Below the pieces are notes generated by a model. That model ran no database searches and was not told the DNA's origin. It was given only the letters and a program-made list of their open reading frames with translations. This document shows positions 1-8,302 of a DNA stretch of 31,143 nucleotides, piece by piece (positions within the stretch are counted from its first letter, which is position 1; each line of letters starts with the position of its first letter). The DNA lies in the IMG/VR virus record IMGVR_UViG_3300031949_000132, positions 1-31,143 of that record; one strand, written 5' to 3'. The DNA comes from a virus (taxonomy: Duplodnaviria; Caudoviricetes). The position numbers and the translations under genes are program-made.

Positions 1-438
1 CAGAGCATTCTGGCCTACGGCGTCTGCCGGCCAAATGTACAGGTAATTGAGACCCTCTGTCCCCCACAATTGGGGTGTGGAAGGCGCCCCCGGAGTTGCG
101 GTGGTATGAATCTGCCACTTTGGTATCCCAGCGTCCATGTCGTTGATCGCGCAGAAGTCCAGAGGTTTCGTATTGAAAGCAACACGAAGCGGCATGAGGA
201 TGCGCGGCCTATTGTTCGAGTCTAAAGTTCCATTCAGGGTAGTGAGGTCATAAAAGACCCTACCGGCGCTGGTCGCGGCCACCATGCGAGCTTTCCAGTA
301 CAGGCTTCCGACCTGCCAGACCCGAATCGCCTCGTTGATATTTTCGCGGAGTTCTACGGCACCGTAGAAGGCGGAGTTTTGAAGCCTTCCGAGAAGAAGC
401 GTGACGAGCGTGCCAAGAGAGACCTGCTGGAAGGGCAT
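1..438 (-). CDS. Head-tail adaptor / tail tubular protein-like (paralogue 2), truncated by the window edge
   Basis: Not in the ORF track. ATG at 438 abuts the TAG of 439..702 and the frame is open to base 1: MPFQQVSLGTLVTLLLGRLQNSAFYGAVELRENINEAIRVW...YDL...DMDAGIPKWQ...PQLW...LYIWPAD. The 'INEA...W', 'YDL', 'xDxxxPxW' and 'IWP' pattern resembles podovirus adaptor proteins. No signal peptide. Confidence 0.65.
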   Translation of the reverse strand, partial: MPFQQVSLGTLVTLLLGRLQNSAFYGAVELRENINEAIRVWQVGSLYWKARMVAATSAGRVFYDLTTLNGTLDSNNRPRILMPLRVAFNTKPLDFCAINDMDAGIPKWQIHTTATPGAPSTPQLWGTEGLNYLYIWPADAVGQNAL

Positions 439-702
439 CTAATTTGTGTTCCCTTTACGCTGAGGGTTGCCCTTGAGCTTTGCCGTGTCGCGACCCAGCT
501 TCTTGAGCTTATCCTTGGCAACGTCGCAGGGGATGGCCTTGCGGTTGCCCCGCTTTGACACCTGATAACACTTCTCCATGCCATCGGGCCGGACGTAGAC
601 GAACACCACGTTATCGTCAGCGTCGGGCTTCGACCGCTCAATCTTTTGTGCCGATGCCATAGCCGCGACTAAGAACATAAGTGTCAGCACTGCTATCCTC
701 AT
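439..702 (-). CDS. Small exported basic protein (87 aa) with Sec signal peptide and one Cys pair
   Basis: SD GAGGT upstream; MRIAVLTLMFLVAAMASA|Q has n-, h- and AxA c-regions; two Cys; K/R-rich tail. Confidence 0.8.
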   Translation of the reverse strand: MRIAVLTLMFLVAAMASAQKIERSKPDADDNVVFVYVRPDGMEKCYQVSKRGNRKAIPCDVAKDKLKKLGRDTAKLKGNPQRKGNTN

Positions 703-711
703 AACCTCACC

Positions 712-3012
712 TCATTGGTCCTTCTGCATCGGGCCAGTCGCCCACCAATTTGTACCGTCGAACCAGAAGGGTTGAAGATTACATCTATTAGCAACTACAC
801 CTATAGTGTCCGCACCCTTGAAAGCGGCATTGAAAGCGAAGGTGAATGGGCCTCCAGCAGCAGGCTGACAGACCATCCATGTTGCCCTCGCGCCGGGAAA
901 TTGCCCAGCGATTGTTCCCATCACGGCGTTGATGTTTAGGGTCAATTTCTGCACGACTCCTCGAGTGATTGCAAAGTTAGGGGTGGCCCCAGGAGTGGTC
1001 CCTAAATCATAGAGGAGCGACCCTGGATTCTGCACCAGATGGATGCCAAGCATTCCCTCTGGCCCTGAGTCCCCTGGCGGGCCTGTGACTGGAGCAGTCA
1101 GAAAAGTAGCTGAGTCGTATGGCAGGTCAGCATAGCCGCCGGACCCTCTACTGAACTGAACGCCGAACGTCGAGTCTGTAACGCTGTAGTTCCCACCCGA
1201 CCAGTTCGCGCCACTGACTTTTCCGCTGTTGATGTTAATGGCCTTCGCGTTGGCTTGGCTCTGACCGTCATAATCGAAGGTCTTAAGCATCAAGGTGCCG
1301 TCCTCGATGTAGACGTTAGAGCGTTCTGAGTATAAGGGCTGGCGAAAGGTTGCGTCCCCACCCTGCAAGCGGATGCACTCTCCGACACCCTTGTTGTCGA
1401 TGGCATTCCAGTAGCAGGACACCGAGGCGAAGTTTAGCGGTTCTTCCTTATTTCCGTCATCGCAGAAGTCCGTGACAAAGCCTCTCGGCATGATAATGAA
1501 GCCGTAACCGCCTGTGAGCGCTCCGGCTGCCGTGCGATTGAAGCTCACGAGGTCAAGCCCCGCATTGTCAACGCTGTAATAGGGGTCGAGGAAGATTCTC
1601 CCATCCGGGCCGATCATGATGTTCGCTTGGTTGTCTTTGAAGATGATGCCGCGCAGCGTCACGAAGGAGCTGGAGACGATGAGGCCATACGCGCCGCCTT
1701 GGATTTGCACGCCTTGGAGCGTGAGGTAAGCTCCATCGGCTGCGAGCACCACTGGGTTACCGGTATTGAGGACATAATTCTCTGACGCCGCCGTGTTACC
1801 AACAATGTAGACCTGCGAGCAGGGCGTGGTGATTTGGCATTCGGTGTAGTCGAGGCTGCCCCCCAGGAACGTCCGGTGCTCTAGCGCAATGCCGGCAGCC
1901 GATGTATACGTTCCTGCCGCAAGGTAGATGAAATACTTGCCGTCCACGACGTTCGGAACTTTGGCGTCGATGGCCTTCTGAACCGTCGCGTAAGGATTGC
2001 CAATAGTGCCGTCCCCAGTTATGTCGCTCCCGGTTGTTGCGACGTAAGTGTTCACAACTTTGGTGGGGTCACAGATCAAAGAAAGGTTCCCGGTGGCGTT
2101 TATCGTGACGTCCACACTGTTATTCCCAGGATTGTCGGCAAAGTTCATCGTAATGTTCGGACCTTCAATGAAGTTTATCTCGTGCTCGCAGCCGATCTCG
2201 ACTCCGTTGTCTTGAACGCTCGTACAAGTCGAAATGGTCAGGTTGGCGCGCGTCGCTGCTGGCTCGTCTGAGGCGGTAAGCGTTACCCCTGTCCCCTCGA
2301 TAAAATTGAAGATTGGTTCCGTCCCAACAAATGTCCCGTTCTTCTGCATGGTCTCGCCAGCGAACGGAGTCCCCCCGCTGCCGCACAGTAGGTCCGCATT
2401 TGGACCGATCGGATCGCAAAGGAGATAATCTGCTCGCGAGTATGGCGTCGCGATGTCAGAAAGGGAAAATCGTACGTCGTACCGGCCGGCGACCGCGTAA
2501 AATCGCCAGTAAGAATCTGTCGAGGCTACGAATGGGTTCGAGAGCACCGTCGGCGTTGGCGTGTTGTTGTCAGCAAAGATGCGTGGCAGGAACGCCGCTT
2601 GCCCGCCAGTCGAGGAGGCATCGACACCCGCCTGAGCCCACGAAAGGCTTGTTGTCCCTGGCGCCGACGAAACTGTAAAGGTTCCGTTGAACGTAGTATC
2701 GGTCACTCCCGTAACCGTGACGCTCGAGTTTAGACCATAGGTCGGATAGGTCGCCGTCAAAGTCGCCGTGACTGTCCCCGAGGACCGCGTGATCGACGTG
2801 ATCCCCGCGCTCGTCAAGCCGGAAAGATACACCGTCACGGTACAACTCTTGAAGGACCGCATCCAGCTCGTAGTCGTCGCCGGGAGGCCGCCAACCTGAA
2901 CGCTAAATCCTCCCTCTTCGCATGACCCGAAGGCTCTCTCCATCGCGTGTGCAGGACTGCACAAGAAGAAGGCTATTAGAAAAACTGTTAGCTTTCCTAT
3001 TAGACTTTTCAT
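712..3012 (-). CDS. Tailspike-like protein (766 aa): signal peptide, virion-attachment-type N-domain, two NFIEG repeats, DUF1565-like motif, beta-helix, C-terminal fibre-tip-like domain
   Basis: Start moved from 3087 to ATG 3012 (ATGA overlap with the upstream stop): MKSLIGKLTVFLIAFFLCSPAHA|M. N-domain 'IFADN...NPFVA...FYAVAGRYDVRFS'; 'YVATTGSDITGDGTIGNPYATVQKAID...IYLAAGTY' is the usual entry to pectin-lyase-like beta-helices. Confidence 0.75.
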   Translation of the reverse strand: MKSLIGKLTVFLIAFFLCSPAHAMERAFGSCEEGGFSVQVGGLPATTTSWMRSFKSCTVTVYLSGLTSAGITSITRSSGTVTATLTATYPTYGLNSSVTVTGVTDTTFNGTFTVSSAPGTTSLSWAQAGVDASSTGGQAAFLPRIFADNNTPTPTVLSNPFVASTDSYWRFYAVAGRYDVRFSLSDIATPYSRADYLLCDPIGPNADLLCGSGGTPFAGETMQKNGTFVGTEPIFNFIEGTGVTLTASDEPAATRANLTISTCTSVQDNGVEIGCEHEINFIEGPNITMNFADNPGNNSVDVTINATGNLSLICDPTKVVNTYVATTGSDITGDGTIGNPYATVQKAIDAKVPNVVDGKYFIYLAAGTYTSAAGIALEHRTFLGGSLDYTECQITTPCSQVYIVGNTAASENYVLNTGNPVVLAADGAYLTLQGVQIQGGAYGLIVSSSFVTLRGIIFKDNQANIMIGPDGRIFLDPYYSVDNAGLDLVSFNRTAAGALTGGYGFIIMPRGFVTDFCDDGNKEEPLNFASVSCYWNAIDNKGVGECIRLQGGDATFRQPLYSERSNVYIEDGTLMLKTFDYDGQSQANAKAININSGKVSGANWSGGNYSVTDSTFGVQFSRGSGGYADLPYDSATFLTAPVTGPPGDSGPEGMLGIHLVQNPGSLLYDLGTTPGATPNFAITRGVVQKLTLNINAVMGTIAGQFPGARATWMVCQPAAGGPFTFAFNAAFKGADTIGVVANRCNLQPFWFDGTNWWATGPMQKDQ
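2949..2964 (+). promoter_or_regulatory. Quasi-palindromic motif copy 1, GTGCAGGACTGCACAA
   Basis: One of seven GTGCAG-N3/4-TGCACAA sites; lies in the signal-peptide codons LCSPAH. Confidence 0.5.
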
Positions 3013-3764
3013 CGGCACCCAACCCCCATAAGAGCGATCGACTGAGCACAACTGGACGCAGGTTCCGGCTTCAACGCCATGAGCCATGCCCCCCAGCCAA
3101 TCGGCACGGCAGTATCAAAGTCCACCGACACGGTCCCCGTGGCGCCTGCCGTCACCCGCTCAAACTCCGAATTACAGTTCATCGCGTCCGCTCCAGTTCC
3201 GGTTTCTTGGTAATGCTCGGTATAGGCTGCGGGGTCGGTGCCAGTTGCTATACATCCCGCGTTATTATTGTCCTCTCCGGAGAGCGCAATCACGATAAGG
3301 GAATTGTCCGTGAGGCTTGAGATGGTGGCCAGCGATGCGGGGTCAGCCGTACCCGTAGTGGCCGTGCCGATGACTTCCCACGGAGTCTCCGTGGTGATCG
3401 CCCCACGATAGACCGTACAAACTCCGTAGGCATCCCCCGTCGTCCCGCTGAAATCCACCACAGGGTCGGTCTCCGACGCGGAGGCCGCACGCTTCCACCA
3501 AGCCCAATAACGTGCGGTCGTTCCCCTATCCACCGGACTGCCAGTGACAACTGTCCACCCAGTTACGGTCGCCGTTTCGTCCACGTCACGGTTCCACGCT
3601 TGGAGAAGAAAGATGTCATTGGTAAGGTGTGCCCCGCAATTCACCGCAAGGTCAACATGCGGAGTAGCGTCAGCCGCAATCACACTGATGTTGACAAATG
3701 TGGGCACAGCAGCCTGCGCCAGACTACAAATCAATAATGCTAGAAACAGCCTAATAAATCGCAT
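3009..3764 (-). CDS. Exported beta-rich protein (251 aa), putative virion appendage
   Basis: MRFIRLFLALLICSLAQA|A signal peptide; 'AWWKRAASASE', 'VYRG' and 'W..ALKP' patterns typical of Ala/Thr-rich phage fibre-associated beta-sandwich domains; C-terminal SCAQSIALMGVGCR. Confidence 0.75.
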   Translation of the reverse strand: MRFIRLFLALLICSLAQAAVPTFVNISVIAADATPHVDLAVNCGAHLTNDIFLLQAWNRDVDETATVTGWTVVTGSPVDRGTTARYWAWWKRAASASETDPVVDFSGTTGDAYGVCTVYRGAITTETPWEVIGTATTGTADPASLATISSLTDNSLIVIALSGEDNNNAGCIATGTDPAAYTEHYQETGTGADAMNCNSEFERVTAGATGTVSVDFDTAVPIGWGAWLMALKPEPASSCAQSIALMGVGCR

Positions 3765-5412
3765 AACTTATTGCCCCGGAAAGCTGTGTAGCGGCCGAAG
3801 TTACGATGCAAACTGAATCCCCCGCAGTCTCAGTCCGATTGATCGCCCCCAGGCCCGAGCCTTGAGTGATCCCACCATTGTCAGCGAAATTGTATCCGGA
3901 TGCCGCGGTCGTCCCGCCTGTAATTCCGGCTGTCGAGGTCCCACAGGTCGCTCCAGTCCCGGAGATCAGCGCCACATTGTTCGCCGCTGCCGTCACCAGG
4001 CTGATCCCGCAGATGTAGACGTGTCGCCCTGAGACTCCAGTGATGGCGAGCGTGGTTGTAGTGGTCGCAATGTTCACAGAAAAGAACGAGTCGCAGACCG
4101 GGATGCCAGTCAAAAAACCGCCCGTCGCTCCGCTGGCCAGCCCGCCAATGAAATCCGCGCGCGCCGGCGGCGCCGCACCAGTCGCTCCGCTGGTGTCTTG
4201 GCGCACATTGAGGTTAGCCGCGGTCGCCTGCGTTGCGGCCGTGGTCGATCCAGAGTCAATCACAGCATGAAGATTTGTCCCCGTCGCCTGTTCTGCCGTG
4301 ACCGTTCCACTGACCGGCTGTGTGGCCTGCCAAAAGGTGCCCGAAACGGGTTGCGTCGCCTGCCAGAAGGTCCCCGACACTGGTTGAGTCGCTTGCCAGA
4401 AAGTTCCTGTTACAGCTACCGAATCCGTCCCACTCGAAAGCGCGCGGATTGAACGCGCATCGTAAAGTGTCCCACCCGTCGCGAGGTTTACGACTGGGGA
4501 CCCGTTGCGCAATGACCAGAGACGCACGATGTCGGTGTCTGCGTCTACATCGGCCGGCGCCGCCGCGGAAGCGAACCCTCCGACCGCTACCGGGTTCGTG
4601 GTTCCCCCGGCCGCATCATGCGCCGTAAACCCGCTGACCAGGGGGTCTGCCCAAGCCGCGGCTGTCGCGCTCGACGCGATTGGAATTTGACCAAGGACAG
4701 GAGTTCCAGTAACCGCCACACTCTGAATCTTCGTGGCGTCAATCACTCCGCTGCCAGTCGCCCCTAGACTCGCGCCGGTGCCGACGACCATTGCCGCTGT
4801 GATATTTGTCCCAGAGGTTACGGCATCAAATGAAGGGGCCCCACCACTTAGTGGAGTGCTGAACACCCCTGTCCCGTCGTAGTATTTGCTCGCATCGCTG
4901 GGCAACGTCCCTTGCAGTGCCCCCATCGTCCCGACGCCCAAAAGCATCAGATCGTATGTCCCAGCAATGGCGTTCGTCTCGAGAAGTCGTCCAATAAGCC
5001 TTCCAGTTGCGGGTCGCGTCGGACCTAAATCTGTACACTTACCCGCAACGCTCGAGCTGATCCCCACCCAATTGGCAGAGGTTACCGCTCCGTCGAACTG
5101 GCACTGGACGATTCCTCCCGTAACAATCGTAGCCTCTCCAGAGGTCCCACAACCGGAGATGCAGATACCCACAGAAGCCTGTGATCCTGCGGCTACTTTT
5201 TGGGCTTTGGCAGGGTCTATTGCAAGGAGCGTCGTGAGGGTATATTGCTCCGTTCCAGTGACGGTATCGTTTGCATATTTTATGGTTGCCGTAGCACCAG
5301 ACCACTGCGGCAAGCGCCCGGTCTTCGAATCATACTGGGCGATGCCCACCGTCGTAAGAATGCCAAAACAAAGCCATAAGAATGGCAAAACAATCGAGAG
5401 GCGCTTTTTCAT
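3751..5412 (-). CDS. Exported fibre-like protein (553 aa) with capsid-cement-like N-domain and GTFWQATQPVS repeats
   Basis: Start moved to ATG 5412 (ATGA overlap): MKKRLSIVLPFLWLCFGILTTVGIA|Q. Ala/Gly/Thr-rich, three tandem 11-aa repeats, Cys clusters in the N- and C-domains. Confidence 0.75.
   Translation of the reverse strand: MKKRLSIVLPFLWLCFGILTTVGIAQYDSKTGRLPQWSGATATIKYANDTVTGTEQYTLTTLLAIDPAKAQKVAAGSQASVGICISGCGTSGEATIVTGGIVQCQFDGAVTSANWVGISSSVAGKCTDLGPTRPATGRLIGRLLETNAIAGTYDLMLLGVGTMGALQGTLPSDASKYYDGTGVFSTPLSGGAPSFDAVTSGTNITAAMVVGTGASLGATGSGVIDATKIQSVAVTGTPVLGQIPIASSATAAAWADPLVSGFTAHDAAGGTTNPVAVGGFASAAAPADVDADTDIVRLWSLRNGSPVVNLATGGTLYDARSIRALSSGTDSVAVTGTFWQATQPVSGTFWQATQPVSGTFWQATQPVSGTVTAEQATGTNLHAVIDSGSTTAATQATAANLNVRQDTSGATGAAPPARADFIGGLASGATGGFLTGIPVCDSFFSVNIATTTTTLAITGVSGRHVYICGISLVTAAANNVALISGTGATCGTSTAGITGGTTAASGYNFADNGGITQGSGLGAINRTETAGDSVCIVTSAATQLSGAISYAIY
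4309..4407 (-). repeat. Three tandem 33-bp units each encoding GTFWQATQPVS
   Basis: Units are identical in protein but differ at synonymous codon positions. Confidence 0.95.
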
Positions 5413-7895
5413 ATTCCCATCCCAACACACGAAAATGTGTATGTCTTAGTGTCTACCGGCGTCCCTAGCCAGGTCAATGTCAGTACGGTCGCCGACTCGC
5501 TTTGCGTGATATCGGAAATCGCATCACTCCCGGCCGACTGTTTACACACAAAAACGGGAACTGTCGTCCAGGTCCCATCCGTAAAGGTCAAATCTAAAGT
5601 CGGGTTCAGCGCCGGCGCGGTTCCGGCGGTTACTGTAACCGAGAATGCTTGGTCTGCCCCACGGATAGCGCTCAACGCGGCGCCGGCTCCCCACCCTGTC
5701 GCTACAAAATCTCCTGAGACCAGCGCTGTCCCGGAAGAGTGGAATCGGGGGGCCTGTGTCTTTCCCCCAAAGTCGACGAGCTGAGCCCCGGTCTTAATCG
5801 CTGCAGTGCCGATTGTCGCGGCCGACAGGTCTATCCCATAGGTGTATCCCCCGCCGGCATCGCTCAGATAGAGTCCGTTGGTTACCGCCTGAGTCGCACT
5901 TTCGTTGTAACCCCAGAAGGCGTGAAAGTTCGTGACATTCGGGAGACTCCCTCCGGTAAACCCGGGGGCCATGTAAGAGCGGATTCCGACAAATGCCGTA
6001 CCAGGAGCTGCAACGACCGATCCGCTCGCGCGCGCCGACCCATCGAGACCTACGGAAGTAATGGCTGTCCCCCCAAGTGTGTCATCGACATAGGTCCGGA
6101 AGTGTCCGCCGCGGATCGTGAGATTGACGCCACTCGAACGCGATCGCGTTACCGCCTCGATCCCAGTCACAGTCGCTTGATCGTCGATCGCTGCCGTGCG
6201 GTTGTTTTCGATGAAGAGCCCCACTCCCTCATTCCCGACTGTCGGCCCCGTGGTCGTTGCCTTCGTGAGGGTCAATCCGTCCCAAGCATTTGCCCCCGAT
6301 TTCTTCAACGTCATCGCATTGCTGAACTGGAACTCATTCGTCAGGGTCGCACCATTGAAATTGAGGCCGTTGGTATACCCTCCGCCTGCGTCACTCACAA
6401 AGATGGCGTTTGTCACAGCATTTGTCGCGTGCTCGTTGTAGACCCAGAGGCCGTGGAAGTTGTTGATGTTGCCAAGCGAGCCCCCGGTAAAGTCTGGCGC
6501 CATCCAGATCCTAGCCCCCACGAAAGCTGTGCCAGCCTCAGCGACGGTACCCGTGCCGGCGCGCGCCGAAGCTTCCAAACCGACTGAGGTCCTCGCTGTT
6601 GCAGTGAAAGTCGGGTCGATGTAGGTCCGGAAGAGCCCCCCGCGGAAGGTTCCCGCCTCGTCTGCTCCCCGACTGCGAGCTACACCCTCAATCCCGTTGA
6701 TTGTGAACACTCCGTTCGTCGTGGCTGTTCGGTTGGCCGCAACGCTCAAGGCCGTAAACTCGCTTACGGGGTCAACTGTTACCACCGTCGAGAAAGCGGC
6801 TCCTGTGTCGTCGGCAAGGTTGTTTATTTCATCAAGCCTCGGCTGTGGGTTATTTACCCAATTTGACCCGTTCCAGCGCAGCGTATCTTTGAGTGCTATC
6901 CCAGCCAAAGTCACCCCGAGGATCGTCGTCCCCGTCCCGCTCTTATTGGCGAAGTCTGTCAGATCCGACGAGGCCCAAACCTCTTGACCTTGGGCCGCAT
7001 TGAGACGAGCTGCCGCAGTCAGGCCAGCATAACCGCTGATGGCATTCTTGTTTGAGGAGATCTCGCAGGTAGGACAACTAATAGCCGGCGTCACCCCGCC
7101 ACTGGAAACGATTGGCGACGTGCCGGTTACGCTTGCCACTCCTCCCATTGAGGCCGGGGCGCTTCCATCGTATGAGAAGCACGGCAGCCCTGTCGTGGGG
7201 TCGAATCCGAACAATCCAACATTCGCCTCGGACGTCCCGCACGCCTCGCCGGTAATCTCGATCGGATGGTCGGTTGAGAACAGGCCAGTCACGTACAGCG
7301 ACCCGTCCATCAGGGTGTCACCGAAGAATGTCTTGTTGCCCCCGAACACCTGCGCGCCCGTCGTCACCACGCCCCGCGCCGTCGCGCTCGCGTCGGGGAA
7401 GTTGTATGTGTGGGTGTCTACATCGGATTGAATGTTTACATCTGTCCCTGATGAACCCACAGTAAATAGCTGCTCGAATGCTCCTAGACCGTTGAGTGAG
7501 AATATCCCCGTCCCGCTTATCGTCTGGTCGACAAGCTTAATGTCAGCCAGGGTAAAAGGTGTTGGAATCCCTCCGCCTGACAGACGGACATCATACCGGC
7601 CGTCGTCGGCGTAGAAAAACCAAAATCCTGTCGTCGTATCAGCTACAAAGGGATTAGATTTTACACTACCGAGGTTGTCTGAGTAGATTTGTGCCGGGGT
7701 GAGAGTCCCGGTGAGGTAAACAGTTGTCGTGCATCCTGGGTATGACCCTTGAGCCTTCGGGCTTCCTACTCCTCCACCTCCAAAAATGATCGAGACCCCA
7801 CCCTGCGAACAGTAGCCCCATACCCTCTCGCGAGCGTGTGCAGGAATGCACAACGCCAGAAGTAACGGCAGAATCGCTGCAAGTCGAAGCCTCAT
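5409..7895 (-). CDS. Tail fibre/spike-like protein (828 aa) with signal peptide, virion-attachment-type N-domain and a 131-aa internal duplication
   Basis: MRLRLAAILPLLLALCIPAHA|R; N-domain 'AQIYSDN...NPFVAD...FFYADDGRYDVRLSG' paralogous to that of 712..3012; fibre motifs 'VASVTGTSPIVSSGG.TPAIS' and 'LRWNGSNWVN'. Confidence 0.8.
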   Translation of the reverse strand: MRLRLAAILPLLLALCIPAHARERVWGYCSQGGVSIIFGGGGVGSPKAQGSYPGCTTTVYLTGTLTPAQIYSDNLGSVKSNPFVADTTTGFWFFYADDGRYDVRLSGGGIPTPFTLADIKLVDQTISGTGIFSLNGLGAFEQLFTVGSSGTDVNIQSDVDTHTYNFPDASATARGVVTTGAQVFGGNKTFFGDTLMDGSLYVTGLFSTDHPIEITGEACGTSEANVGLFGFDPTTGLPCFSYDGSAPASMGGVASVTGTSPIVSSGGVTPAISCPTCEISSNKNAISGYAGLTAAARLNAAQGQEVWASSDLTDFANKSGTGTTILGVTLAGIALKDTLRWNGSNWVNNPQPRLDEINNLADDTGAAFSTVVTVDPVSEFTALSVAANRTATTNGVFTINGIEGVARSRGADEAGTFRGGLFRTYIDPTFTATARTSVGLEASARAGTGTVAEAGTAFVGARIWMAPDFTGGSLGNINNFHGLWVYNEHATNAVTNAIFVSDAGGGYTNGLNFNGATLTNEFQFSNAMTLKKSGANAWDGLTLTKATTTGPTVGNEGVGLFIENNRTAAIDDQATVTGIEAVTRSRSSGVNLTIRGGHFRTYVDDTLGGTAITSVGLDGSARASGSVVAAPGTAFVGIRSYMAPGFTGGSLPNVTNFHAFWGYNESATQAVTNGLYLSDAGGGYTYGIDLSAATIGTAAIKTGAQLVDFGGKTQAPRFHSSGTALVSGDFVATGWGAGAALSAIRGADQAFSVTVTAGTAPALNPTLDLTFTDGTWTTVPVFVCKQSAGSDAISDITQSESATVLTLTWLGTPVDTKTYTFSCVGMGI
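5811..6734 (-). repeat. Diverged intragenic duplication, 393 bp x2 (6342..6734 and 5811..6203)
   Basis: Both copies read NRTA...GIE.V.RSR...RGG.FRTY.D...TSVGL..SARA...GTAFVG.R..MAP.FTGGSL.N..NFH..W.YNE.AT.AVTN....SDAGGGYT.G. Confidence 0.9.
7838..7853 (+). promoter_or_regulatory. Quasi-palindromic motif copy 2, GTGCAGGAATGCACAA
   Basis: One of seven sites; lies in the signal-peptide codons LCIPAH. Confidence 0.5.
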
Positions 7896-7943
7896 TGCAT
7901 TCCATGTCTGTCTACGGCTTTGGCAGGGCGCCCATTGCTCACC

Positions 7944-8282
7944 TCAAGGCTTTTGCTCAGGAGTACCGCCATTTGTCTTGCGCAAGATGTTCTCTCCTGT
8001 GCGCTTCGCGCGGTCGAGAAATGACTCGATCATCACGTCCGCCGAGAGTCCAACCGAGAAAGCTACGAATCGGTTCGTGACCCATCCTTCACCTAGAACC
8101 ACATAGAAAATGTAGCAGGTCACAAGACCGCGAATGACGAGCCGACCCCAATTGCTCTTCAGATATCCAGAGAAACTTCGTTCCTGGGTCTCGGAGATCA
8201 CAAACTGAATACGGTCTCCCCAGCGCGCGAGCACACCCATAGCAAAACCAAGCCAGAGTTGCCAGATCATACTTCCTACCAT
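7944..8282 (-). CDS. Small multi-pass membrane protein, holin-like (112 aa)
   Basis: GAGGAGG SD 5-6 nt before ATG 8282 (preferred to GTG 8306); about three hydrophobic segments and a charged C-terminal tail. Confidence 0.6.
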   Translation of the reverse strand: MVGSMIWQLWLGFAMGVLARWGDRIQFVISETQERSFSGYLKSNWGRLVIRGLVTCYIFYVVLGEGWVTNRFVAFSVGLSADVMIESFLDRAKRTGENILRKTNGGTPEQKP

Positions 8283-8302
8283 TGGACCCTCCTCAATAGA
8301 AT

